Assembly (NCBI GenBank): GCA_963701855.1
Contig: CAVPBK010000009.1
Location: 160,001 to 224,000 of the forward strand
Length of the DNA stretch: 64,000 nucleotides
Direction: 5' to 3'
Origin: Nitrospirota bacterium
GTDB lineage: Bacteria; Nitrospirota; Nitrospiria; Nitrospirales; Nitrospiraceae
In this document: positions 10,588 through 19,948 of the stretch, one piece after another
Layout of the letters: the number at the start of each line of letters is the position of its first letter
How positions within the stretch are numbered: position 1 is the stretch's first letter
Position numbers and translations under genes: made by a program
Notes under the pieces: generated by a model
Told to the model about the DNA's origin: nothing
The model's database searches: none
What the model saw: the letters and a program-made list of their open reading frames with translations, nothing else

Positions 10588-11160
10588 GTGCCCTGCCAAC
10601 AATCCAACGGCAAAAAAGCGCGCGTCGATCACCTTGAGAATACGTTGCCGCAGTTCATCCCGAAAAGGCGCGAGACTCTCATCATGAAGATAGCGATCGA
10701 CCGTTCGAGGCAGCCGCCGTCTCCAAGCCTGGGCAGCCTGTCGCGCACCATGAGCGACAGGCCCTCCTTGAGCGAGGATGGCAAAGACTTCATGCTCAAA
10801 AAAACCCACATGCACTTCTTCATCTTCCAAAATCGAGATCAAATCTGGCCGCAAGAAGACCAACAGCCTCGCGAACTCTAACCCCAACGCTTCATACCCA
10901 TAGAGATGCACCACGAGAATCCTCCATTGACTAGGCATACGAGGAAGCGCCGTCTTGCCGTACGAACTTACTCCTAACAGCAGCTCAAACTGCTTGAGAT
11001 GCTGCGCCTCTTCTTCCTCATGGCGGCGCAAGAACAGCAAGACAGCGGGCGGAACGTCCTGCACTTGCGCAGAGCGTACCGCCCACAAGGCCATAGCCTC
11101 TGCCTTGAGGAATTGTTCCAGGATCGCCCGTTCACAGGAAGAAGGAAGCGGATGAGTCAT
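10579..11160 (-). CDS. Ferritin-like (di-iron carboxylate) protein
   Basis: E..., EEAQH, YE..., DEEVH pattern in a helical protein. Confidence 0.6.
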   Translation of the reverse strand: MTHPLPSSCERAILEQFLKAEAMALWAVRSAQVQDVPPAVLLFLRRHEEEEAQHLKQFELLLGVSSYGKTALPRMPSQWRILVVHLYGYEALGLEFARLLVFLRPDLISILEDEEVHVGFFEHEVFAILAQGGPVAHGARQAAQAWRRRLPRTVDRYLHDESLAPFRDELRQRILKVIDARFFAVGLLAGHEG

Positions 11161-11209
11161 GCGCCGAGTCTACCGGAACGATGGAACAGAGCCAACATGT
11201 AACTAGCAG

Positions 11210-12423
11210 TGACCGGCCCCCCTTAACCGGATCCGGCCCGTATGTTAGGGTCGGGCCGAAAGGAGGACCGTATGCCCCACAACCGTCACACCGTCGAGCA
11301 GATCATTACCAAGCTGCGTGAAGCCGAAGTGGCCCTAAGCAAAGGGCAGCCCTCGCACAGGCCTGCCGCACCCTGGGAATGACAGAACAGACCTACTATC
11401 GCTGGCGGAATGCCTACGGCGGACTCAAGATCGATCAAGCCAAGCGATTCAAAGAGCTGGAACGTGAGAACACGCGACTGAAACGCGCGGTCGCCGACCT
11501 CACCCTGGATAAGTTGATCTTGAAGGAAGCTGCCGAGGGAAACTTCTAAGCCCAGCGCGCCGCCGACAGACTGTGACGCACTGCTGCGACACGCTGGGCA
11601 TCCCGGAACGCCGGGCCTGTCGGGTGCTGGGATAACCGCGCTCGACGCAACGGTATCAGCCCGATCCTCCGGACGATGAGGTCTCGCTGACGACGGCGAT
11701 CATCCAGCTGGCGAGCCAATATGGGCGCTATGGGTATCGGCGGATCACCGCCTTGCTGCACCACGACGGTTGGCGCGTGAATCATAAACGCGTGGAGCGG
11801 ATCTGGCGACGGGAAGGACTCAAAGCGTCGCAGCGCCAACCGCCACGTCGGCGTCTCTGGTTGACCGATGGGTCCTGTATCCGGCTCCGCCTACAGCAGC
11901 CCAATCATGTCTGGGCCTACGACTTCGTGGCGCTACGGACGGAGGACGGCCGTCCGGTCACGCTGCTCACGATTGTGGATGAATACACGCGCAAGTGTCT
12001 GGCCATTGAGGTGGCCCGATGGCTACGCTCGGATGATGTCCTCTTCTGCTTGGCGGAGTTGTTTGTGCATCGCGGGGTGCCCACACATATTCGCAGCGAC
12101 AATGGCCCCGAAGTCGCAGCGAACGCCGTGCGACAGTGGCTCCAGCGCGTGGGGGTCCAACCGTTGTTCATTGAGCCCGGCAGCCCGTGGGAGAATGGCT
12201 ACGTCGAGAGTTTTAATGGAAAGCTACGCGATGACCTGTTGAATCGGGAACTGTTTGCTACACTATGGGAGGTGCAAGTGCTCGTGGAACGTTGGCGACG
12301 ACACTACAACCAGATTCGTCCCCATCGGGCCCTGGGGTTGCGGCCACCCGCTCCTGAAACGATTGCGCCCCAGCACTGTGCGTAAGTGCTATTCGACCTG
12401 GTACAACCACGGGGGGCCGGTCA
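11210..12423 (+). mobile_element. IS3-family element, inactivated
   Basis: IRs TGACCGGCCCCCC / GGGGGGCCGGTCA; orfA from 11272 (MPHNRHTVEQII) frameshifted near 11350; GGGAAAC slip site at the orfA end; orfB has an in-frame TAA at about 11633 and a DDE core (WAYDF, RSDNGPE, SPWENGYVESFNG); no flanking direct repeat. Confidence 0.92.
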
Positions 12424-12625
12424 CCGCTCCAAGGCGGTCAGTCCATTGTGTGCGTGCGCGAATCCCGCGAGTGTTTGGCAGGCGCAAGTGAAGTTATGGA
12501 CTTCATCTCGTATGGGGGCTGGTTCCATGGGTGCATGCTCTCACACGCTCGATGCGCGCGGGACTAGGAAAGTCCCCAGCTAAAGGCGTGGCTCTATGGA
12601 ATTTCGCTGGGAGCGGGTCAATCAA

Positions 12626-12835
12626 TCAGATGGGGCTGGAGAGGGCTGCGGCCTTATAGGTTCGAACAATTGCCTTCCCACATTCGCGGCAGCGATACGT
12701 GCTCGTCACATAACCATCCTTGCTGAGTACTACAAGGGATGCGACTTGGCTGAGGTGTTCACAGTGTAGGGACGAATCGCCTCGCCGTTCCCACCTCGCT
12801 TGTAAGGCCGTAGCGTAAACCAGTAGCTTGATCAT
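12626..12835 (-). CDS. Small hypothetical protein with CxH...CxxC (possible Zn ribbon)
   Basis: HCEH...YRCRECG. Confidence 0.4.
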   Translation of the reverse strand: MIKLLVYATALQARWERRGDSSLHCEHLSQVASLVVLSKDGYVTSTYRCRECGKAIVRTYKAAALSSPI

Positions 12836-12983
12836 AGGACTCAGAATTCAATAATTATGTATACCTTATCATTATGAAGCACGCTGGGGAACTGGCGAGA
12901 TAGCCAGCTCGGAAATACGTAAGATTTGTGAGGGTCAGACCGACAAAAGGCCAAGTCCGAGCGTAGGGTAGAAAGGATGAGCG

Positions 12984-13187
12984 ATGACGATAGCCATGAA
13001 AGATGTGACAACCGTCTTATTCGCCTTGCACCTGGAGTACGCGCAAGGCATAACGCTCGATCTTGACGGGACTTGCAGCCATGCGCTCGGGGACGCCGTC
13101 CTACCGCTCTCACTACCAGAGCCCGACGATCCCCCACTCACGGTGAACTGGCAGGCGCTCGTGAAGATGAATGAGGCCTTAGCATAA
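12984..13187 (+). CDS. Small hypothetical protein
   Basis: AAAGGA RBS upstream; 67 aa. Confidence 0.4.
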   Translation: MTIAMKDVTTVLFALHLEYAQGITLDLDGTCSHALGDAVLPLSLPEPDDPPLTVNWQALVKMNEALA

Positions 13188-13488
13188 TTGGCCAATCAGA
13201 CGTCAGGCCCTCGACCGACCCCAGATGATGCCCCAAGTGTGTTGATGTGGCACTAGGCAGAGATGGGAAGCAGGCACAGCGCGAGCAGGATGAGGAGTGT
13301 CATGACACACCTCCTTGGTGGGCGGAACTGCCGAGGCAGTATAGCAGAGGAGAAAAATGGAAGCGACGTATGCGGTGTAGCACAGAGTGATGTGACTACA
13401 AAGTTGCCGATCCCTCTGCAACAAACAAAGTCGTATGCCCAAGGAATTCACCATTTGCATAGATGCGGCACTCAATCTCAGACAGGTC

Positions 13489-13842
13489 TCACTTTGGAGA
13501 ATCGATGCGCAGGCCTCCTGGAGTCGGCGGTGGCGGAGGAGATCCGACTGGTCTGAAAACCACGACGCCGCTCGGGGTCGACTCACGATTAGCCGAATCA
13601 TAGGCGGTCACGAAGTAGTACTGGATCTCTGCCGGAGTGCCGATATCCATACTCGTCTCGTTTTTTCCCACTGTAGCGAGAAGAGCCGCCCCAGCTTTTG
13701 GCGTGCAGGGTAGCCCACTGCAGTGATAGACGCGATATCCCGCCAGATCCGGTTCACTGTTGGCCTGCCACGTCAACGTGGCGCCCCACGCAGTATTCGA
13801 CCACAATATAAGAACTCCCGTGATGGCTCTTACCCAGTTCAT
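13489..13842 (-). CDS. Secreted fibronectin type III-like protein
   Basis: Signal peptide; LTWQANSEPDLAGYRVY; YYFVTAYDSANRES; Pro-rich tail. Confidence 0.75.
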   Translation of the reverse strand: MNWVRAITGVLILWSNTAWGATLTWQANSEPDLAGYRVYHCSGLPCTPKAGAALLATVGKNETSMDIGTPAEIQYYFVTAYDSANRESTPSGVVVFRPVGSPPPPPTPGGLRIDSPK

Positions 13843-13873
13843 ACGGATACTTCTATATATCTCCCAGCCCTCA

Positions 13874-14065
13874 TTACTTTCCCTTCGGCAGGAGGCCCTT
13901 CTTTTCGAGTTCTACGAGGTAGCTTCGTGACAGGTCGATGAGCAACTGCTTGACCGGCTTATGCTCCACTGCTGCCGCGATTTTCATTTTGTGCATCAAG
14001 TCGCACGGGATGTCGCAGAAGACCCATGAACCCGCCTTCTCCTCCTGAGGTTTACTCTTTGACAT
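13874..14065 (-). CDS. Small ribbon-helix-helix-like DNA-binding protein (63 aa)
   Basis: MSKSKPQEEKAGSWVFCDIPCDLMHKMKIAAAVEHKPVKQLLIDL: strand-helix-helix pattern; C-terminal part of the 263-aa track ORF. Confidence 0.6.
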   Translation of the reverse strand: MSKSKPQEEKAGSWVFCDIPCDLMHKMKIAAAVEHKPVKQLLIDLSRSYLVELEKKGLLPKGK

Positions 14066-14164
14066 GGGCGGACCGTAGCATGAACCGTTAACACAGGTAA
14101 ATGAAGGTTTACATGCTATGCGTCTATTACTAGCATGCAGTTGTCGAAAGGAAGCCCCGTGCAG

Positions 14165-14299
14165 ATGGTGAGAATAATGATCCAGGTACCCGTGACAGTG
14201 AAGTACAAGCTCGACGCCGAACGCAAGCGCGGCACGAGCGCAGCGGGGTTGATTCGGCATTTGCTGGAGCAGCATTCCAAGGCTAAGCGAGCGGCCTAA
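14165..14299 (+). CDS. Small ribbon-helix-helix (CopG/Arc-like) protein, 44 aa, not in the ORF track
   Basis: MVRIMIQVPVTVKYKLDAERKRGTSAAGLIRHLLEQHSKAKRAA; GAAAGGAAG upstream. Confidence 0.65.
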   Translation: MVRIMIQVPVTVKYKLDAERKRGTSAAGLIRHLLEQHSKAKRAA

Positions 14300-14814
14300 C
14301 CTCGCCGTCGAAAGAAGGTCCATGCCCCTGAACCTCCCCTGCTGGCCAGTCGGTTCAGCAGGCGGTGACGCAGAACCCGTAGCTCGTGGCGTAGAGGAAA
14401 GGGGAAGGAGATTAGGGGATTTACAGGTGGCATCTGTGTAGGGGGGGCGATAGGATGAAGATGGCGCACAAGACAACCCGATGGAACCACGGCCTACGCC
14501 ACGTTGGCCACCTGGGACATGCTTCGCCTGGGAACTATTGCGGGTTGTCGCAAAGGCCCGATGCTCAACTGCACCGAGCCTTTGTTGTGTCTGGAACGCA
14601 GAACCCAGCGAATGCATGATTATCCGGCGTGAATGGACGAGCAGGGGACCACAAGCAAAACGCAATCTGATCGGCTATGCAGTCTAGTGCAGGAACCAGT
14701 CGTGCGGCCGGCGCTGACACAAGAACTTCAACTCACCGCGATAGGAGGAAAAAGACCATGGGAATGATCGACACACGGGAGGGCAATCATTGCGCACCGA
14801 CCGGCTGGTTAGGT

Positions 14815-15117
14815 CTAGGGGCGGAACAACACGAGAAAATTTTCCAATTCCGAGTGGGACGACGGGCCGTTCTGGAACCACAGGAGCCCGATAAACGCCA
14901 GGATGATTGGCACCAGTAAGATGAACGAGTCTCGCTTCGCGGGGGAGCGGGTGGATTTTTTCCGTGTTCCCATCAAGCGTTTCCAAGGCAACGGGGGCAG
15001 GGTTCCCTTTTCTAGGGCTTTCTTAACCGACGCAGCTTGGCGTGGCTCAGCGGCTTCTTTGAGAATGTCCGCAACGATCTGTGCGTCATCTGAGTGCTTG
15101 CGTGGGTGTCTAGGCAT
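14815..15117 (-). CDS. Small hypothetical membrane protein
   Basis: Basic N-region followed by one hydrophobic segment (FILLVPIILAFIGLLWF). Confidence 0.4.
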   Translation of the reverse strand: MPRHPRKHSDDAQIVADILKEAAEPRQAASVKKALEKGTLPPLPWKRLMGTRKKSTRSPAKRDSFILLVPIILAFIGLLWFQNGPSSHSELENFLVLFRP

Positions 15118-15544
15118 GTCTTCCCAACTACTCTAGCGAGAAGGCTGGCAACGGTCTGGTCAGAATTGCTCAGATGGCTGGAATTGATTATGCAGAAGTT
15201 GCGGATTAGCCGAAGAACCACAGAAGAATCATGGCACACGTCGCGGCGATCGGCGCCACTAAGGCGAGCGCGTCTCGTTTTAATGTATCGCTGTATTCTT
15301 GACGACGTTGCCAGGGTTTCATGATGGGCACCTCGATTAGAGGTAAATCAACTCATGAGTCCGACACCAGGGCCACGGTTGGTCACGGTCCTGGTGTCGG
15401 GCGCGGATGGAGAGTCCGCGCAGAGGAAGACTCTCAGAGGATGCGCCAGCCCAGCCCTCTCGCGCTGTTCTCTTTTATACACTTCCCAAACTGTTCCCGG
15501 CGCTGACGCAGGAGCTCACCGCCATCCAATAGAGGAGGAGTGAA

Positions 15545-16000
15545 ATGACTATTCGCGTTTTTAACGAAGGATGGCGACATCAGTATGAACGCATGAAACG
15601 CTCTCGCGATCGGTTTAACGCTCCACATCAGATCGCCGATGAGTATGACGACGACTTCTATCATGCGATTCAAGACACCTGGCATCTCAAAGACTGGATC
15701 GCTAATGATGCCGCCCTCGGTCTGCTTGGTCCCAGGATTGTTCAAGAGGCGGCGACAATCCCATTGCTTGATATTATTGCCGATCTCGCGAACTGCACGA
15801 AGCACCTCGTGCTCACAAAGACGATTCGCACAGGTGCAGAGCTGAAGAGCATGAGTTCGATGGTCAGCTTGCATGATGGGGCCATGGACAGAACAATCAC
15901 GATAGGCCTGGAGGATGGGTCCGAATATATTGGTGTGGTGCTGCTCGACGATGCCCACGATGCCTGGGAGAACCTATTAACCGGGCACGGCCTGCTATGA
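15545..16000 (+). CDS. Hypothetical helical protein, HEPN-like
   Basis: Strong RBS GAGGAGG; motifs WHLKDW and ADLANCTKH. Confidence 0.6.
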   Translation: MTIRVFNEGWRHQYERMKRSRDRFNAPHQIADEYDDDFYHAIQDTWHLKDWIANDAALGLLGPRIVQEAATIPLLDIIADLANCTKHLVLTKTIRTGAELKSMSSMVSLHDGAMDRTITIGLEDGSEYIGVVLLDDAHDAWENLLTGHGLL

Positions 16001-16044
16001 ACTCTACGGCGAGCGGTGTTCACGATGAAAGGGAGGGCTGACCG

Positions 16045-16221
16045 ATGGGTATGATCTACAGGCGAGGCGAGGTGTTTTGGATCAAATACTATAGTGGCGG
16101 GCGGCCGATTCGGGAAAGTGCCAGGACAACTATTCAGGATGCGGCCCGCAAGATGGCTGACGGGCACATTTCCTGGCACAGTCCCCACTCCCCGCTTGAC
16201 TCTGCCGTCGTAAGTCGTTAA
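16045..16221 (+). pseudogene. Internally deleted tyrosine integrase (N-terminal arm segment fused to C-terminal tail)
   Basis: GGGAGG RBS; MGMIYRRGEVFWIKYYSGGRPIRESART resembles integrase N-termini; followed by QDAARK and, shifted frame, LTGTFPGT resembling integrase tails. Confidence 0.6.
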
Positions 16222-16224
16222 TTT
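16196..16224 (+). promoter_or_regulatory. Sigma70 promoter of the tRNA
   Basis: TTGACT-N17-TAATTT followed by a GC-rich discriminator, 9 nt before the tRNA. Confidence 0.65.
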
Positions 16225-16233
16225 TGCGGCCCT

Positions 16234-16309
16234 GGCGGTGTAGCTCAGTTGGTAGAGCAGCGGACTCATAAGCCGCGGGTCCCCCGTTCAATCCGGGGCA
16301 CCGCCACCA
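16234..16309 (+). tRNA. tRNA with CAT anticodon, probably elongator tRNA-Met (Ile2 not excluded)
   Basis: Acceptor GGCGGTG/CACCGCC, D-arm TAGCTCAGTTGGTAGAGC, loop CTCATAA, T-arm CCCCG-TTCAATC-CGGGG, encoded CCA; 76 nt. Confidence 0.95.
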
Positions 16310-16341
16310 ATAATTCCCGTAGCTTATCACTCGGCTGCTCA

Positions 16342-16985
16342 TCACTGATTTCCGCCGGTCACGGTTCCGGTCACGGTTGGAACTGAAATGAGACTTGATT
16401 GACCCTTAACGGGTTCCTCCTCCCCTACTGGCTCTCCTGGCTCTGAGTACTCTGCTATGGGTTCTTTTCTCCCAGACTGCTGCTCTACCACCTTCCCGAA
16501 CGCTGCCACCATACATATCAACCTCATTCTGTAAATACGAGGGGTTCAGGTGAGCGTATCGCCTCACAAGGATCGTCCCGCTATGGCGCAAGAGCGTGGC
16601 AATTGTCCCTTCGGTCGATCCTGACATGGCTAACCGACTCGCGAAGGTATGCCGCAAGCTGTGCCAGGATACGCCCTCTAGCCCAATGGCCTTCACCGTG
16701 GGGAGATACACGCGCCGGTAGAAGTTGCGCGGGTCTGCATGGATACCAGGGTTTTCGCTTGGAAACACCTAAACCGACTTGTTACCAGGGATAAAGCCCT
16801 GGATGAGTTTCTTTGCTTCTTCATTCAACCGGACATACTGCACGCCTCCCGCCTTCGTGTTTGGAAGGGTCAAGACGCCGCGCTCCAGGTCCACGTGTTC
16901 CCATCGCAAGCTGAACCGCTCCATCTGCCGCATACCGGTAAGGATCGCCAACCGAACCCAGCCCGCATTGCGCTCCTCCTGGCAT
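16342..16985 (-). pseudogene. Tyrosine recombinase/integrase catalytic-domain remnant next to the tRNA 3' end
   Basis: TGMR, TKAG, WHSLRHTFASRL, RRYAHL; in-frame stop at 16769, frameshift near 16520, N-terminus missing. Confidence 0.9.
16355..16378. repeat. Tandem 12-bp repeat, candidate integrase arm sites
   Basis: CCGGTCACGGTT x2 between the tRNA and the body of the integrase. Confidence 0.55.
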
Positions 16986-17251
16986 TCCTTCTACCGTCGC
17001 CCTGATCAAATAGATCTCGCCTTCAACAGGCCATCAGTGGAGATAGGGATAGAGTGAGATGGAGTACGACGATGAACGGAGTTCGAATTGCAACTATGTC
17101 GAAACCGCAGACTCTCTTAGGAAGGACGAGACGGTTTCTCGTGTCGTGCGGAGGTCGTCAGCAATATGCCGATAGGAAGTCTCAACGCATCGTCATTCCA
17201 CTCACACAGACCTTCTACTCCCAGTTGCTCTGCTTGTTTTGGAGTAGGATT

Positions 17252-19051
17252 TCAAGTGCTCTTGCGGTGAGAAGCTGGCCCTAAGTCAACGGAAAGGTTG
17301 TGCGCGGTATTAATCAAGGAGACGTGTGAAAACGCTTGCGGAAAATTTCCGAGCAGACGTTTTGTGTGCGGATCATACTCCTCGGACAACAACCCCACGT
17401 CATTACAGAGGGCCAGGAGACGTTCGAATAATTGCCGCGCTTCCTGACGACGGCCGAGGAGCCAATAATTATCTGCCAGCCAGAAGGTGCAGGCTAGAAA
17501 GGCGCCCTCTCCCTCAGGAAGACCATCCACAGCACGTGCGGTGTCTGTCTGATACCGACGGACAAATCCGCCATCACACAGCTCGCGTTCGATTGCCTCC
17601 ACGGTCCTCCGAACGCGTCCGTCTTCGGGTGGGAGGAAACCCACGAGCGGAATCATGAGAAGACTCGCGTCGAGGTCCTTTGAACCATAGTACTGAGTGA
17701 AGGTTCGACGATCGGGATCGTATCCCTTTTCGCAAACTTCCCCATGAATCTCGATTCGCAGTCGCTTCCAACGATCCACGTCTCCTGACAGGCCGAAGCT
17801 CTCCATGCCTTTGACCGCACGGTCCGCTGCCACCCACGCCATCACTTTGGAATGAGTAAAATGCTGTCGGGAGCCCCGCACTTCCCAGATACCTTCGTCC
17901 GGCTGCTTCCATCCAGTTTCGAGAAATTCGAGGAGGTGTTGTTGCAGGGCCCAGGACGATTCATTCTCATCAATACCAGCGCGGCGGGCCTGGTGCAGCG
18001 TGTCCATCACCTCCCCGTATACGTCCAGCTGAAATTGGCGCACAGCGGCATTGCCGATCCGAACCGGCGAGGATGCTTCATAGCCGGGAAGCCATGGAAG
18101 CTGAATTTCTGTCAGGCGCCGCTCGCCTCCTGGCCCATACATGGTCTGAAGCTTTGCCGGGTCACCTGCTACCGCTCGAAGCAGCCAATCTCGCCAGCTG
18201 CACGCCTCTTCCTCGTACCCTGCGGCCATGAGCGAATAGAGGGTGAAGGTAGCATCACGGAGCCAGCACAAGCGATAGTCCCAGTTACGCACCCCGCCAA
18301 TCGCTTCAGGGAGCGAGGTGGTCGGCGCTGCCACAATCCCGCCAGTCGGCGCGTAGGTCAGTGCCTTCAGCGTGATGAGCGAGCGCAGCACCTGTTCACG
18401 CCACTCGCCCTCATAGGTGCAATGGCTTGCCCAATCCAGCCACCACGCCTCAGTCTCTTTCAGCACTCCCTCTGGGTCAAGGGAGTCAGGTGCCGGCTCA
18501 TGCGAAGGATGCCAGATCAGCACAAAGGGAATGCGTTGTCCTTTCGAGACGTGAAAGTCAGCCACAGTGGACAACTGCTCGCCCCGTGTGACGACTGGGG
18601 TATGGAGATAGAGCGCATCAGGACCGCCGACCGCAGAGAGAACGCCTTCGCGAGTGCGGACCCACGGAATCACGGACCCATAGTCTAAACGGATCACGAG
18701 CTCCATCCGCATCCGCACCTGGCCGGAAAGCCCCTCAACAATCCGTACCACGACAGGGTGCCCTTTGCGGATCGGCATAAAATCCACGAGCCGCACCACA
18801 CCGTCATCGGTCTCAAATTCCGTCTCTAAGATTAACGTGGACTGTCGATAGTGCTGCCGCGTATGTCGCACCTCCGCGTCTGGACTCACCTGCCAACAGC
18901 CATGCTGCCGATCGCCAAGAAGCGAGGCAAAACACGCGCCAGAGTCGAAACGCGGCAGGCAAAGCCAGTCAATCGAGCCGTTCCGCCCAACTAGGGCAGC
19001 CGTCTGGGTATCGCCAATGAGGGCATAGTCTTCAATCCGCATGTCGACCAC
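17252..19051 (-). CDS. Glycoside hydrolase family 15 (trehalase/glucoamylase-like)
   Basis: IEDYALIGD, WLCLPRFDS, AAPTTSLPE, RNWDYRLCWLRD, LLSEEYD, GNFPQAFSH. Confidence 0.93.
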   Translation of the reverse strand: MVDMRIEDYALIGDTQTAALVGRNGSIDWLCLPRFDSGACFASLLGDRQHGCWQVSPDAEVRHTRQHYRQSTLILETEFETDDGVVRLVDFMPIRKGHPVVVRIVEGLSGQVRMRMELVIRLDYGSVIPWVRTREGVLSAVGGPDALYLHTPVVTRGEQLSTVADFHVSKGQRIPFVLIWHPSHEPAPDSLDPEGVLKETEAWWLDWASHCTYEGEWREQVLRSLITLKALTYAPTGGIVAAPTTSLPEAIGGVRNWDYRLCWLRDATFTLYSLMAAGYEEEACSWRDWLLRAVAGDPAKLQTMYGPGGERRLTEIQLPWLPGYEASSPVRIGNAAVRQFQLDVYGEVMDTLHQARRAGIDENESSWALQQHLLEFLETGWKQPDEGIWEVRGSRQHFTHSKVMAWVAADRAVKGMESFGLSGDVDRWKRLRIEIHGEVCEKGYDPDRRTFTQYYGSKDLDASLLMIPLVGFLPPEDGRVRRTVEAIERELCDGGFVRRYQTDTARAVDGLPEGEGAFLACTFWLADNYWLLGRRQEARQLFERLLALCNDVGLLSEEYDPHTKRLLGNFPQAFSHVSLINTAHNLSVDLGPASHRKST

Positions 19052-19562
19052 ATAGGAAGGGCATGGTTGTAGATTGGCACATGCGCCACATCAAGTTCTA
19101 CGTGTGAACGATTTTTAGGAGTTTCCACATCGCCTCTTCGACCGGGGCAATGTCCACTATGAGGGGGAGTGTTCTTTAAGCCGAAGGTTAAAAGACGGGC
19201 GGTGGCTGTTCGTGCAATAGCACACGACAGCACAGCGCCCTGGGTAGCCGATTACATCTCCAAGAAGAGTCACAGGGTTGGGCAGCGACCCGCGGAGGAA
19301 CAACCTGATTGTGATGTTTTCACATCGGTCGCTTCGCAGTAACCAGCCGAACTAGACCATTGAAATTGAACGGCTCCCGCTCCAGCCCGCTGATACGCCA
19401 TCACCACGCCGAGGAACTGGCCAGTGGGTGATGCACATTCGGATTGAACCAGCGACCCTCGCTTAAAAAAACCACCTAAAGAAAGTGTGATGGAGAGAGC
19501 TCTCCCTCTGTCGATCCAGCGTTTTCTGATCCCAACACTGCGATGGAGTGAGATAGCATTCG

Positions 19563-19613
19563 ACCTGGAGTAGGGGGTAAAACCAGGAGCGAACCGGGAG
19601 TGAAACCGGGAGT
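19563..19613. repeat. Four degenerate direct repeats ACCNGGAGY
   Basis: ACCTGGAGT 19563, ACCAGGAGC 19582, ACCGGGAGT 19593, ACCGGGAGT 19605. Confidence 0.55.
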
Positions 19614-19948
19614 AGAAAAACTCAAAGCCTTGGGTCACACGGAATAAGATTCATCACCGACTCCCCTCCCATCATCGCGTCCAGAACGTCTATATAAGAC
19701 CTGAGGGGGTTTTATGGACAGGGGATGGCAGCAATGGTCACTCTCACCATCCCGCACACGTCTGAGCGCCTTGACACCTCCCCTCGGACGGCCTAGCCTT
19801 TCAAGTTTGTTGCCTCGTCAGGTGATGGAGGATGGCGGGAGGTGGTATACAGATCTTCGCGGGCACATCGCTGGGCACAGTATTCTAACGTGGCGCGCAT
19901 GCCATCGCCCGCTGATGCACGCGAACCAATCGACGAGAGGAAGCTGGG

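Noticed and set aside
14066..14665. N-terminal 200 aa of the 263-aa track ORF 13874-14665
   Set aside because: Not protein-like and overlaps the better-supported divergent 44-aa gene; only the last 63 aa were kept
19310..19324. CRP-like TGTGA...TCACA
   Set aside because: Spacer is 5 nt rather than the required 6
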